Source: an uncultured archaeon
GTDB lineage: Archaea; Aenigmatarchaeota; Aenigmatarchaeia; CG10238-14
DNA: 64,000 nt
Direction: 5' to 3'
NCBI GenBank assembly: GCA_964392445.1
Contig: CAYMPD010000004.1
Location: forward strand, 3,728-67,727
Shown here in pieces: positions 39,674 to 49,963 of this stretch. The translations under genes were made by a program, and so were the position numbers. Positions within the stretch are counted from its first letter, which is position 1; every line of letters starts with the position of its first letter. Under the pieces are notes generated by a model. It saw nothing but the letters and a program-made list of their open reading frames with translations, was not told the origin of the DNA and made no database searches.

Positions 39674-40032
39674 AGTATTTTAACCTTAGTCCCTTTTGGG
39701 TTATCTTTCATTAATTCTCGAATTGTTATAGCTTTTCCCTTTACTTTTTTAATCTTTTCTTCCGCAGGATTACTAAATCTCCACGCAGAAACTGTTACAG
39801 GTTTTGTTAATTCCCCAAACCCAAGTACTACTCCTGGGACGATTACTGTTTCATTTTTTTTGGTATGTCTCTCGATGTGGCTTAAATTAACTTCTACCCT
39901 CTGCCTTCTAGGTTTGTTTAGTTTTTCGGCTATATCTTTGAGAAAATTAGAATTAACTTCAAACGATTTCTCTCTTAGATTTTGAATTAATTTTTTTAAT
40001 ATCGGATTTGTAGGTCCAGTGCGCTTAACCAA
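39667..40032 (-). CDS. rpl18e: 50S ribosomal protein L18e (eL18)
   Basis: TNP, VNLSHI, VPGVVLG, NPKG. Confidence 0.95.
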   Translation of the reverse strand: MVKRTGPTNPILKKLIQNLREKSFEVNSNFLKDIAEKLNKPRRQRVEVNLSHIERHTKKNETVIVPGVVLGFGELTKPVTVSAWRFSNPAEEKIKKVKGKAITIRELMKDNPKGTKVKILC

Positions 40033-40065
40033 TCGCTACACCTCGGGATTTTCAACTCATTATAG

Positions 40066-40626
40066 TTGTGTGGGAAGATTTATAAAGGTTTACTCAATTT
40101 TATAAGATTAAATTTCTTAATTAACCATATGTTCAATCTTAATGATAAAAATAAGGGTTACTTAATATCAATAATTCTTCTTATTTCTTTTTCTCTTACT
40201 ACGGGACTTAATAGGGTTAAACCTAAAAATAACGAAATCGAATCAAAATCACCTAAAATGGAAGTTACAACCTCCCCCGAAATAGAGGCTACACCATTCG
40301 ATTTTGATATCTATTTGGATATGACAGCAGCTTATATACTTCGTCTATATGATTTTCCTTACATAATATGTCTCTCGGGTACAGGTAGGCGCCTCGATAT
40401 CGGAATTTTTGATTTCATTCATGATCCTACTAAAGCCAGTTTTAGACCTATTGAAAATGGTAAAATAGGTACTTATGTCCCCCATCCGATCAGTGGGAGG
40501 TTGGTACCTGTATATATAGGAGAGGACACCGAAATGGGAAAATGTGGTCCTATAGTGAAACAAAGATATTCTGTTCCTTCTGTTGAGTTCATTGAAGATG
40601 TGAGAGGACCTTATTTAGATTTGTAA
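40066..40626 (+). CDS. Hypothetical membrane-anchored protein (start probably downstream, MFNL)
   Basis: N-terminal hydrophobic helix. Confidence 0.55.
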   Translation: MCGKIYKGLLNFIRLNFLINHMFNLNDKNKGYLISIILLISFSLTTGLNRVKPKNNEIESKSPKMEVTTSPEIEATPFDFDIYLDMTAAYILRLYDFPYIICLSGTGRRLDIGIFDFIHDPTKASFRPIENGKIGTYVPHPISGRLVPVYIGEDTEMGKCGPIVKQRYSVPSVEFIEDVRGPYLDL

Positions 40627-40714
40627 AAATTATGTTAAACTTCAATTCGGTCACTTCCGAACAAAATCTTAATGCTATTTAAACTAACCGAACTAATTGT
40701 CTTTTAGCAAATAA

Positions 40715-41245
40715 ATGGGGTGGAAGAATATGAAAAAATTGTTAACATTTCTGCTTTTGATACCATTAGCCATAGCATTGTCAGGATGTACGACTGAACA
40801 ACCGATCGGTGGAGAAAGAGATGAGCATGGATGCCTTGGACCTGCGGGATATTCATGGGACGAGGAAATACGGGCTTGTGTAAGGACATGGGAACTGGAT
40901 GAAAGCCAAAAAGAAGCAGCAGAAATAGCTGTTGAGCAGGTAGGATCAGAGAAATACCTAACCGTTACCAAAGTGGAAACTCTAAGATGTCTCGGATGTT
41001 TCATAATAGAACTGGAAAAAGGAGAAGAAAGAGATGTGATATCTGTAGAACTTAGTGATTGGGATGTTATTAGTGAAACCTTGGTAAGACATACATGTAC
41101 TGAACAAGAAAGACAAGCCGAGATTTGCACGATGGAATATATGTCTGTGTGTGGATTCAAAGCGGATGGAAGTTCAAAGACCTATGGTAATGATTGTCAG
41201 GCATGTGCTGATGGAGTAGAATACTGGGAAGTCGGAGAGTGCTAG
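40715..41245 (+). CDS. Secreted/lipoprotein with Cys-rich modules and a C-terminal Kazal-like domain
   Basis: Signal ending LSGC; GGERDEHGCLGPAGYSW; CTMEYMSVCG...TYGNDCQAC. Confidence 0.75.
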   Translation: MGWKNMKKLLTFLLLIPLAIALSGCTTEQPIGGERDEHGCLGPAGYSWDEEIRACVRTWELDESQKEAAEIAVEQVGSEKYLTVTKVETLRCLGCFIIELEKGEERDVISVELSDWDVISETLVRHTCTEQERQAEICTMEYMSVCGFKADGSSKTYGNDCQACADGVEYWEVGEC

Positions 41246-41454
41246 TGGGAAACTATAACCAAAGGACCCTTTTAACCATTTTTTCTTTATTTTTATCCAA
41301 TACTCTCGAAAAACCCCTCAACCAAAAGACTTAAATACCTATCATGACATCCTATTAGGAGTAAAGTACGAAGTGGTGACAAGTAGCGTTGGTTAATAAT
41401 ATACTAATTCTATTGCTTTTGTGACTTTAATAAAAAAAATAAAGAGATGATATA

Positions 41455-42831
41455 ATGAATTTTGAAAGTATGAATATTGAGAAGTCAGTATTGGGTTCGT
41501 TAGATAATATGGGCTTTGAACAAGCAACAAGAATCCAATCAGAAACTATACCTTTGATAAAACAAGGTTATGATGTTATTGGTCAATCCAAGACAGGTTC
41601 AGGTAAAACTGCGGCTTTTGGAATACCTTTGGTTGAAAAAGTCAATCGAGGAAAAAAAGCTCAGGCATTAATCCTAGCACCTACGAGGGAATTGGCAAAA
41701 CAAATTGCAAGAGAGATTGAAAAGTTTTCGGATTTGAAAAGATTAAAAGTTCAAACCGTTTACGGTGGGGTTTCAATGAGACCTCAGATAAGGGGGTTAA
41801 AGACAGCAGAAATAATTGTTGGTACTCCCGGAAGAATTCTAGATCATTTAAGACGTGGAAATTTTGACACAAGGAATTTGGAAATCTTTGTTCTAGACGA
41901 AGCGGACAGAATGATCGATATGGGATTTATTGATGATATAAAAAAGATAGAGAGACAAATACCAAATAAAAGACAAACACTTTTGTTCAGTGCTACAATG
42001 CCAGGAAATCTAAGGAAAGTTACACAGAAATTTACAAATAATGCAAAAAGAGTTAAGACAAAAACTAAAGTAGAGGAAACCCTTTTAGAACAATATTATT
42101 GTGATGTTAAACCTAGAAAGAAGTTCTCATTGTTAATACATTTAATTCAAGAAGAAGACCCTGAACTTGCTATAGTTTTCTGTAAAACTAGGAGAGAAAC
42201 TAGCTCTGTGGCAAGGAATTTGAAAAGGAAAGGTTTAGATGCAGAAGCTTTGCATGGAGGATTATCCCAACATCAAAGAGAAAAGATAATAGGTAAATTC
42301 AAAAAAAGAAGATTAAGAATTCTGGTCGCGACAGACGTTGCATCAAGAGGTTTGGATATAGATGATATAACTCACATATTTAACTACAGGTTACCTAGTA
42401 ATGCAGAGGACTATGTGAATAGAATTGGAAGAACTGCCAGAGCTGGTAAGTCTGGTAAAGCGATATCTTTGTTAAGTTCAGATGATCATGGTTCTTTTAG
42501 AAGAATAATGAGGAGATACTCTTATGATGTTAAGAAGATGGAAAAATCTGATTTTAAGGATCTCCAATTTAATAAGAGAGCTCCTAGGAAAAGGAAATCT
42601 AGGAGGAATTATAATATTCAAGGAGGTGATAATTTGAAAGGAAAAGTTAAATGGTTCAATTCCATGAAAGGATTTGGATTCATAGAACCAGAGGGTGGTG
42701 AGAAGGACGTTTTTGTTCATCAGTCATCACTCGCGGACGAAAAAGAATACTTGAGAGAAGACGACGAAGTTGAATTTGAAGTTGAAGAAACACCAAAGGG
42801 AAAACAAGCAGTAAATGTTAGAAAAGTTTAG
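41455..42831 (+). CDS. DEAD-box RNA helicase fused in-frame to a C-terminal cold-shock domain
   Basis: Q motif, [32 protein letters not shown]; CSD GKVKWFN...GFGFI...VFVH. Confidence 0.95.
   Translation: MNFESMNIEKSVLGSLDNMGFEQATRIQSETIPLIKQGYDVIGQSKTGSGKTAAFGIPLVEKVNRGKKAQALILAPTRELAKQIAREIEKFSDLKRLKVQTVYGGVSMRPQIRGLKTAEIIVGTPGRILDHLRRGNFDTRNLEIFVLDEADRMIDMGFIDDIKKIERQIPNKRQTLLFSATMPGNLRKVTQKFTNNAKRVKTKTKVEETLLEQYYCDVKPRKKFSLLIHLIQEEDPELAIVFCKTRRETSSVARNLKRKGLDAEALHGGLSQHQREKIIGKFKKRRLRILVATDVASRGLDIDDITHIFNYRLPSNAEDYVNRIGRTARAGKSGKAISLLSSDDHGSFRRIMRRYSYDVKKMEKSDFKDLQFNKRAPRKRKSRRNYNIQGGDNLKGKVKWFNSMKGFGFIEPEGGEKDVFVHQSSLADEKEYLREDDEVEFEVEETPKGKQAVNVRKV
42634..42831 (+). CDS. Possible independently translated cold-shock protein (internal in-frame TTG start)
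   Basis: GGAGGTGAT SD at 42622-42630, 4 nt from GGTGA to TTG; MKGKVKWFN is a typical Csp N-terminus. Confidence 0.6.
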   Translation: MKGKVKWFNSMKGFGFIEPEGGEKDVFVHQSSLADEKEYLREDDEVEFEVEETPKGKQAVNVRKV

Positions 42832-42875
42832 GCTTAATTAGTTTAGACTTATTTAAAAACTGGGAAAGGTTAAGG

Positions 42876-42889
42876 TTTTTTTTATTTTT
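42876..42889 (+). terminator. Oligo-T tract after the helicase/CSD gene
   Basis: T-rich run typical of archaeal terminators. Confidence 0.35.
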
Positions 42890-43013
42890 GTTAATTATAT
42901 TTACAGATTGAAATTCTTAGATTTTAATAAATTATATAAACTAGATTCCATTTCTTTTTACTTTGTCCATGAGTGCTTGGTTGTTCAGGAGAAGGAAATA
43001 ATTGAATTATTTC

Positions 43014-43277
43014 TTACGATCTAGACCAGTTACTATCAACCCAAAGCCCAATATTATTGTCACCCAAATCAGGACTTGACTGACTTGAGATTGTAACTAG
43101 GGTCGGGTCAGAATACATACTTGCTGCAGTAAAACTTCCTTCAGCCTGTAGCATCGTACCTTTCGCAATATTAAAGGCAGCATAAAAGAAATGTCTCGAC
43201 CATTGACTTAAAACTTTTGCTAATACTCCAAAACCTACCATTATACTTCCAGCTATTTTTTTCATAAAAAACACCAC
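43014..43277 (-). CDS. Hypothetical protein
   Basis: ORF only. Confidence 0.45.
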   Translation of the reverse strand: MVFFMKKIAGSIMVGFGVLAKVLSQWSRHFFYAAFNIAKGTMLQAEGSFTAASMYSDPTLVTISSQSSPDLGDNNIGLWVDSNWSRS

Positions 43278-43379
43278 GATAAATTGGTTTTAGTGGTTTA
43301 TAAATTTTGGGGGTATTAATGGGTTTTAAGATAACAATGAGGTGTCTATTTAAAAATTAGTTTAGAAATTAATCGATAA

Positions 43380-43961
43380 ATGATAGATTTCGATACCCAA
43401 TATGCAAGAAGACATGAATCAATACAAGAAAACCTAGATATTGTTAGACATCTATTCGAAATTGCGACAAGGGAAGGTTTAAAAAGAATATCTTTTTATA
43501 GAAGAGAAAAATCATATTTCCCATGTGGACTTCATGAAGGAATTCCAATAGGTCTAGATTTAATAAGGGATCATGTAAAATACGGTTTTCCTAACATTCT
43601 AGCCAAAATGAGATTATTGTATGAAATTTCTGAAGGAGATGTTGATATATCATCTGTATACGCATTACTTCAAGGGGGATTGGGAATCGTTTCAGAAGAT
43701 ATGAGTGGAGGAGGATTATATAGAGTTTCAGATAATACTCCAACGAGATTTTTAAGAATGGATCTCTTTAATCAAATATTTTTTGGGGAACCTAAAAGTG
43801 AGTTGAGAAAAACAACTTTTTGGATAGAACATGGAAAAGAGGTTAGAACCCCTATTGTCGATTTAGATCACGTTAATGTTAGTCAATCATTTAAAGATAT
43901 TTATATACAGTATGTTAGTCAGTATAAGAAAGACCCAAGATTTATAATAAGACCCAGATAG
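43380..43961 (+). CDS. Hypothetical protein
   Basis: 193-aa ORF with TATA-like upstream sequence. Confidence 0.65.
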   Translation: MIDFDTQYARRHESIQENLDIVRHLFEIATREGLKRISFYRREKSYFPCGLHEGIPIGLDLIRDHVKYGFPNILAKMRLLYEISEGDVDISSVYALLQGGLGIVSEDMSGGGLYRVSDNTPTRFLRMDLFNQIFFGEPKSELRKTTFWIEHGKEVRTPIVDLDHVNVSQSFKDIYIQYVSQYKKDPRFIIRPR

Positions 43962-44039
43962 GAAATTCAACAAAATTCATCATTTTATAAAATACTTTCC
44001 TATTTAAAACCTCAAGCCCGAATTCTAATTGCTAATAAC

Positions 44040-44579
44040 ATGCAAATACTCGAAGAAATAAGAAACTGGGAAGGAAAACCAAAAGAATTGATTATAAATT
44101 TATCCGAGGAAGCTAAGAAGAAACCCGAATTGCTCGAACAGGTCGAAGAAGGACTAAAACAAGGTTCTAAAGTTGAAAAAAGCATCTGCGCAGAAGTCAT
44201 GGAATATGTAAGCAAAGACAAACCAGAACTAGTAGTACCATACCTTAACACAGTGATAGATTACTTGGATTCTGACGCTTCAAGGGTTAAGTGGGAGACA
44301 GCAAGAGTGATCGGAAACGTTTCAAGTGTATCCCCGGACAAAGTAACCGAAGATATTCCCAAACTTATGACTAACACCGAGGACAAGAGTACTGTTGTTC
44401 GATGGAGTACTGCATTTGATTTGACTGAGATCGCTAAGAATAATGCTAGTGTGAGGGATGAGTTGGTATCTAAGTTCAAGGAAATTGTGAAGAGAGAAGA
44501 CAATAATGGGGTTAGGAATGTTTATTTGAAGGGTTTGAAGGAGATTGATAGTGAAAAATGGGGATTATTATCGGTTTGA
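44040..44579 (+). CDS. HEAT-repeat protein
   Basis: Repeats ...RVKWETARVIGNV and ...VVRWSTAFDLTEI. Confidence 0.75.
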   Translation: MQILEEIRNWEGKPKELIINLSEEAKKKPELLEQVEEGLKQGSKVEKSICAEVMEYVSKDKPELVVPYLNTVIDYLDSDASRVKWETARVIGNVSSVSPDKVTEDIPKLMTNTEDKSTVVRWSTAFDLTEIAKNNASVRDELVSKFKEIVKREDNNGVRNVYLKGLKEIDSEKWGLLSV

Positions 44580-44603
44580 CCCAATAAAAAACATCAAAAA
44601 TCA

Positions 44604-44630
44604 TCGGTTTGAACCGAAGCATTTATAAAT
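44604..44630 (+). promoter_or_regulatory. Palindrome TCGGTT-TG-AACCGA next to the TATA box of the ATPase gene
   Basis: Read from sequence; a partial copy TCGGTTTGACCC lies at 44571. Confidence 0.4.
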
Positions 44631-44650
44631 AGATAATACAAATATGTAGT

Positions 44651-45952
44651 ATGAAAGAAATAGAAAACAGTCTAAGAAAGTGGAATCTTTGGTGGGCAGA
44701 GGATAAAATAAGTGAAGATTTAGTAGGTATACCCCGGGTGAAAACAAAAGAAGTTCTATCAGTTATGAATTTAAGGCATATTAAAGATGTTATAGGAGTT
44801 AGAAGATCTGGTAAAACAACTTTACTCTATCAGGTCATTGATAAATTAATAAATAATGGAACGGACCCGAAAAAAATAGTTTTCATAAATTTTGATGATC
44901 CAACTCTAAATATTTCCAAGTTAGATGAAATTCTAAAGACAATTTACAAGATAAATCCAGATGTGGAATATTTGTTCCTTGATGAAGCATCTGAGAAAGA
45001 AGGCTGGGAAAGATGGGTTAGAACAATTTATGACTTAAAGAAATTCAAACAGATATTTGTAACAGGGTCGAGTGCGAGTTTACTTTCAAAGGAAATTGGG
45101 AAAGTCTTGACAGGTAGACACATAACTTTTGTTCTATATCCTTTTTCTTTCAAAGAATTCTTGATTTCTAATGGATGGGGAAATTTCAATAAAAATTATC
45201 TACTTAAAGAAAAAAATAAACTCATTCATTTTCTCCACAGATATTTAAAAGAAGGAGGATTTCCGGAGACTTTAAACAAGGATGAATCAAGTTCTAAGGC
45301 TATACTTACCAACATATACAATGACATTATTGCAAGAGATATTGTGTCAAGACATGAAGTGGACTCTGATAAGGTAAATAAATTAGCTTATTACCTCTTA
45401 ACCAACTTCACAAATGAGTATTCCTACAGTAAATTGGCTAAAAAAATTGGTATTGACTGGGAGACAGTTGAAAGATACATGAAATTCCTTGAAGATACGT
45501 TTCTTGTACTGAGTTTGGATTTATTCTCATTCAAAGTGGGCACTCAGTTCAAGCGAAATAAGAAAATTTATTGTATTGATACAGGATTAAGAAATACCGT
45601 TTCATTTAGATTCTCTCAGGATATAGGAAGATTGGCTGAGAATTTAGTTTTTATTGAGTTAAAGAGGAGAGGTGAAGATGTTTATTATTGGAAATCCAAG
45701 GGAGGTAAAGAAATAGATTTCTTGGTTAAAAGGGGAACGGATGTAAAACAGTTGATTCAAGTCTGTTGGAATGTAGAAAATGAGAAGACTAAAAAAAGAG
45801 AGGTTAAATCATTGTTAAAGGCTATGGATGAATTCGGTTTGAAAGAGGGTGTTATAATAACTGAAGATTATGAAGGAGAAGAAAAAATAAATGGCAAATC
45901 TATTCGGTATTTACCTCTATGGTATTGGTTATTGGAAATTTCTGAAGAGTAG
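44651..45952 (+). CDS. AAA+ ATPase (AAA_14 / DUF4143 type) with a C-terminal PD-(D/E)xK-like domain
   Basis: GVRRSGKT, FLDE, VTGSS, LTGR, KIYCIDTG, ENLVF, EIDF...IQV. Confidence 0.88.
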   Translation: MKEIENSLRKWNLWWAEDKISEDLVGIPRVKTKEVLSVMNLRHIKDVIGVRRSGKTTLLYQVIDKLINNGTDPKKIVFINFDDPTLNISKLDEILKTIYKINPDVEYLFLDEASEKEGWERWVRTIYDLKKFKQIFVTGSSASLLSKEIGKVLTGRHITFVLYPFSFKEFLISNGWGNFNKNYLLKEKNKLIHFLHRYLKEGGFPETLNKDESSSKAILTNIYNDIIARDIVSRHEVDSDKVNKLAYYLLTNFTNEYSYSKLAKKIGIDWETVERYMKFLEDTFLVLSLDLFSFKVGTQFKRNKKIYCIDTGLRNTVSFRFSQDIGRLAENLVFIELKRRGEDVYYWKSKGGKEIDFLVKRGTDVKQLIQVCWNVENEKTKKREVKSLLKAMDEFGLKEGVIITEDYEGEEKINGKSIRYLPLWYWLLEISEE

Positions 45953-45955
45953 TAG

Positions 45956-46813
45956 CTAAATTTCCGACTTCTGTGTCGACACACCACTAACTATTATCAA
46001 AGTTCCTCCAATTATTTGGAATATATTCATCGGTTCTTTTAGAAAAATCAAGCCCAACAAAGATACTATTACAGGAACCGACATGGACATCATAGTCAAA
46101 TAGCTAGCACTTGATACGGATATAGTCTTGTTAAGGAATATTGCTAGTATGGCTCCGAAAATACCCGTCATTATAACAAATCTACTCGCTTTAATCTCCA
46201 GAGGGTTGATATTTAAGATAGGTAACAAAAGTAATAAGACTAAGAGAGCAAATCCTATCCTACCAAGACTGATAATGTCTGAATGTATTTCTTTTGTCAA
46301 AGGTTTAGTTATTATTAAAGCTGAAGAAAAACAAAGAGCCGTGATTAAAGTTAATAAATCTCCAACTTTCGGTATTATCATTTTACCCCCAGTAGTAAGT
46401 AAGTAAATCCCAATTACAAACACAACAAGTAGAATAATTTTCCTTTGAGTGAATCTTTCTTTCAAAAAGAAGAAAGCCAATAATGTCGTAAAAAGTAATG
46501 TGCTCTTGACTAAAAATCCATAGTTTATTGATGTGGATAGTTTCAAGCCATAAAATCCCAAAATATATGCTGTTCCGACAAATAAACCTATTAAAAATAG
46601 TCTTTTAAGATGTTTGAATTTAATATTTTTCAGTTCTTTTCTCCTCGTTAGTAGATTGTATACCAAAAGTATGGTTGCGTTGATAACTGTTCCTTGAATC
46701 GTATAGGGCAAGGCTTCTGCACCTAAGTTTATTGCGTTCTTATTGAAAAATATTAACAGAGCCCAGGATAAAGAGAAGATAGAGACATAAAGTAATTTTT
46801 TATCGATTTTCAT
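45956..46813 (-). CDS. DMT/EamA family transporter
   Basis: About 10 TM helices in duplicated halves. Confidence 0.85.
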   Translation of the reverse strand: MKIDKKLLYVSIFSLSWALLIFFNKNAINLGAEALPYTIQGTVINATILLVYNLLTRRKELKNIKFKHLKRLFLIGLFVGTAYILGFYGLKLSTSINYGFLVKSTLLFTTLLAFFFLKERFTQRKIILLVVFVIGIYLLTTGGKMIIPKVGDLLTLITALCFSSALIITKPLTKEIHSDIISLGRIGFALLVLLLLLPILNINPLEIKASRFVIMTGIFGAILAIFLNKTISVSSASYLTMMSMSVPVIVSLLGLIFLKEPMNIFQIIGGTLIIVSGVSTQKSEI

Positions 46814-46860
46814 AACAACTTATTAGAAGTTCAGGATTAAATCAGTTACTTCACCTAAAA

Positions 46861-47343
46861 TCAAAGTTCATTCACATCATCAGGTAAATGGTCTATACCT
46901 CCAAATTCTTTTACAACAATGGATTTTATTTTAGATTTCACTTTTGGACTAACGTGAGTAATTGTCATCTTCTCTTCACCCCCAATACTCTCACAATCAT
47001 CTTCTATTAAAATATTAGGAGAGATTCTTTCAGCAACATCTTTGTATTCTTCACCATCTTTTCTGAAAATCAACTTACCCTGAGGAAAATTATAATTCTT
47101 CAAAACATTTCTAATCATTTCAACTTCTTTTGGTTTTCTCCTACTAGTCAAGTAAATTAATCTGATCCCTTGTTTATCCCACTTCTTTAATTTTTTTACA
47201 CAATCACCCCTTGGGACATAATTCTGAAAATCTCTCACCGAACTTTCTCTATTCTTAACTTGTTCAACTATTTCCTCTCTTGAGTGTCCTTTAGCACCTG
47301 AATGCATCAACAAAGTACCTTCGGTAAAAATCATTATTTTCAT
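46861..47343 (-). CDS. HAD-like hypothetical protein
   Basis: IFTEGTL, YLTSR, LIEDD resemble HAD motifs I, II and IV. Confidence 0.6.
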   Translation of the reverse strand: MKIMIFTEGTLLMHSGAKGHSREEIVEQVKNRESSVRDFQNYVPRGDCVKKLKKWDKQGIRLIYLTSRRKPKEVEMIRNVLKNYNFPQGKLIFRKDGEEYKDVAERISPNILIEDDCESIGGEEKMTITHVSPKVKSKIKSIVVKEFGGIDHLPDDVNEL

Positions 47344-47344
47344 T

Positions 47345-47722
47345 TCAATCCTTAACTACTATCATACTTATTTCCACACTAGCTCCAAGTGGTAGTCCTT
47401 TCACACATACTGTTTCTCTTGCTGGGAATGGATCACTCATATAATTCCCATAAATCTCATTTATTTTTCCATAAGATTCCATATCAGTAACAAATATAGT
47501 TGTTTTTACGACATCATTAAAAGAAAATCCGGCTTTCTCTAAAACTGATTTCAGATTTTTCATAATTTGGTGTGTTTGTTCTTCTATATTCCCTTCTAAT
47601 AATTCTCCGTCGGGTTTTAAATGAATTTGACCTGAAGTGAACAACATTTTTCCAGTTTTGATGGCTTGAGAATAAGGTCCTACAGATTCTGGTGCTCCTT
47701 TAGTTTCGATTTTAGTTTTCAT
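47345..47722 (-). CDS. ridA: RidA/YjgF enamine deaminase
   Basis: GPYSQA, SGQI, DVVKTT, FPARETV, VEI; start MKTK at 47722. Confidence 0.92.
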   Translation of the reverse strand: MKTKIETKGAPESVGPYSQAIKTGKMLFTSGQIHLKPDGELLEGNIEEQTHQIMKNLKSVLEKAGFSFNDVVKTTIFVTDMESYGKINEIYGNYMSDPFPARETVCVKGLPLGASVEISMIVVKD

Positions 47723-47790
47723 AATAACCAAGAAATAATAGAACTTCCAAAGATAAAACTCTTTTATTATTAATTTACCAACAATTACCC

Positions 47791-48594
47791 ATGAAGAGAA
47801 TGCAAAACAAAGTAGCTCTAGTAACCGGAGCTGCATTGGGATATAAGAACGGTGGTCCATCAATAGGCAGTGCTATAGCTTTCAAGTTGGCTTCTGAAGG
47901 AGCGAAAGTAGTAATTGTGGATATCAACGAAGAAATGGGAAAAAGGGCGGCTGAGAGGATAAGGCAAGAGAGTGGAGAGGCTGTGTTTATTGAATGTGAT
48001 GTATCCAAAACTGAAGATGTTAAAAGAGCCATAGAAACAACTAAGAAAGAATTCGGTGAATTACATTGTATCGTGAATTGCGCTGCCTCATATAAAGGAG
48101 ATATTTTCAAAAATGTGGTTGAAACATCTGAAAAAGACTGGAAACATATAATTGATATTAACTTGAATGGTTATTACAGATTTGCTAAGTATGGAATACC
48201 TTTGATTCTTGAGAGTGGAGGAGGGACTGTGGTTAATATATCTTCTGCTGCCGCTTTTAAAGTGAATAAGAATTTCAGTGTTTATCCTGTTACAAAGTCT
48301 GCGATTAACTCGTTGACAAGAACTATAGCTATAGATTTCGCACCAGAGATTAGATGTAATGCAATATGTCCCGGATTTGTTAGGATAGCTAATTCAGAGA
48401 ATGATCGGACGGGAGAAGAATTAAAGGAATGGCTTGAAGGAATAGCTAAAACTTATCCATTAAAAAGAGTATGCTCGGTTGAGGAAATAGCCAATGTTGC
48501 ATTGTTTTTGGCGAGCGAGGAATCTTCTTACATCAACGGGGAGTGTATAGTTGTTGATGGTGGTAGATCTGTTGCGGATAGTCATGAGTTTTAG
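47791..48594 (+). CDS. SDR family oxidoreductase
   Basis: VTGAA, VNCAA, VNISS, YPVTK (YxxxK), CNAICPG, VDGG. Confidence 0.92.
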   Translation: MKRMQNKVALVTGAALGYKNGGPSIGSAIAFKLASEGAKVVIVDINEEMGKRAAERIRQESGEAVFIECDVSKTEDVKRAIETTKKEFGELHCIVNCAASYKGDIFKNVVETSEKDWKHIIDINLNGYYRFAKYGIPLILESGGGTVVNISSAAAFKVNKNFSVYPVTKSAINSLTRTIAIDFAPEIRCNAICPGFVRIANSENDRTGEELKEWLEGIAKTYPLKRVCSVEEIANVALFLASEESSYINGECIVVDGGRSVADSHEF

Positions 48595-48595
48595 T
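48553..48595 (+). repeat. Direct repeat A (3' end of the SDR gene)
   Basis: 37/43 identical to 51360-51402. Confidence 0.75.
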
Positions 48596-48604
48596 AACCG
48601 GTGA

Positions 48605-49000
48605 GCAAGAAACATCTCGACTTTAGTCAGGAGATGAATTGCGATAATTATCTTATCCTGAAAATTGAAAAAAATAGATGGAGAGAGAATTTTCCCTATA
48701 ATTCGTACTTTTGCTTAGTGATAGTTGGGTTCTCTTCCTTAAAAAAATTTCAGAGGTTTTGAATATGAGATGGACTAGATATAACCATACGACTGGAGAA
48801 TCTTATCTCCATTTGCAGTTTACACCAAAATATAGGAGAATAGTGTTTACTGAGAGAATAATAAGGAGAAGTTGTAAAATTTTATGAGATGGATAGCGAA
48901 AGATTCGGGCGGTTGGTTCAATAACAGCAGAATTGAGAAAATTTTACATTGAAAGATACCAAAACAAACATTGGTGAGGAATAGATTACTTGACCTACCT
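48605..49000 (+). mobile_element. Degraded IS200/IS605-family element (TnpA fragment 48765-48887 and subterminal hairpin 48613-48636)
   Basis: MRWTRYNHTTGESYLHLQFTPKYRRIVF matches the Y1 transposase N-terminus; hairpin CATCTC-GAC-TTTA-GTC-AG-GAGATG; right boundary uncertain. Confidence 0.75.
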
Positions 49001-49164
49001 AAAGTTGAAAATTCAGGGATAAAACTTTATCACTAACTTTTGAAAGAACCTTCGAGGTCTTAAATCGAGATATTTAGTTGCATCCTAGAAATGGTTTCAC
49101 AAAAAGGTAAAAACCGAATAAAAGGTAGTTTTTGAGATTCCAAAATTATAAAAAAGAAAAAAAA

Positions 49165-49884
49165 TCATTCCTTAAACAACCATCCAAATAAACCCTTGTT
49201 CCTTTTTTCTCGATTTGCCATTTTTTGTAATCTATTTTGTTCTTGCTCTATTTGTTGAATTTGTTCCTGGAAAATTTGTTTTATTTCCTCGTCTTCTATT
49301 CTTTCTTCTAGTTCTCTTAATGCTCGAATTCTTTCTTCGTTTCCGTTAACCTCCTGTTCTAACTCATCGGCAGCCTCTTCATCTCCACCAAGTAATAATC
49401 TTCTAAGCATCCCCCTCGTCTGGATTCTCTCTTCTACTTTTAAAGTCGCCTGAACAGAATTGTTGAACTCCATGGCTATCTCTGAGACTTCATCTCCAAT
49501 ACCCCCCTTTTCTTCAAGCATCTGTCTCATGTATAATAAATTATGTACAGACTCTCTCACTCTGTTTTGATTTCTGTATATTTTCTGTATATTTTCAGGT
49601 AAACCTTGGATTTCTTCATCCATTTCCTGATATCTCTTCTGGGTTCTTTCTCTTATTTGTGATATACTCTGGGCCGCTTCTGGGATATTTTTTCGTTGTC
49701 GTTTGACTAGATCCTCCTCTTTAATTGGCTTTCTTTCTTCTGATGAAGAAGACTGATTGCCGTCGGTCGGAGGTGAATCTATATCTGGTCTGTTTCCTTC
49801 TCCACCTGGCGTTTCAACTGGTTGTGAGAGGATAAGCTGGGGTAAAAGTAGTACCAACAAAGCTAATGCAATTATTTTTTTCAT
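49165..49884 (-). CDS. Secreted coiled-coil Glu/Gln-rich protein
   Basis: Signal peptide, heptad-rich body, C-terminal KGLFGWLF. Confidence 0.75.
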   Translation of the reverse strand: MKKIIALALLVLLLPQLILSQPVETPGGEGNRPDIDSPPTDGNQSSSSEERKPIKEEDLVKRQRKNIPEAAQSISQIRERTQKRYQEMDEEIQGLPENIQKIYRNQNRVRESVHNLLYMRQMLEEKGGIGDEVSEIAMEFNNSVQATLKVEERIQTRGMLRRLLLGGDEEAADELEQEVNGNEERIRALRELEERIEDEEIKQIFQEQIQQIEQEQNRLQKMANREKRNKGLFGWLFKE

Positions 49885-49963
49885 CCTTATTACCACCTAC
49901 TATTATTTGTTTTCTTTCAATTAATTAATTTTCTCTTCTTTTAGAGAATCTATAAATATTAAA

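Noticed and set aside
41340-41454. Structured 5' UTR or RNA thermometer ahead of the DEAD-box gene
   Set aside because: Only short AU/GU-rich pairings can be drawn by hand; a folding and covariation analysis is needed.
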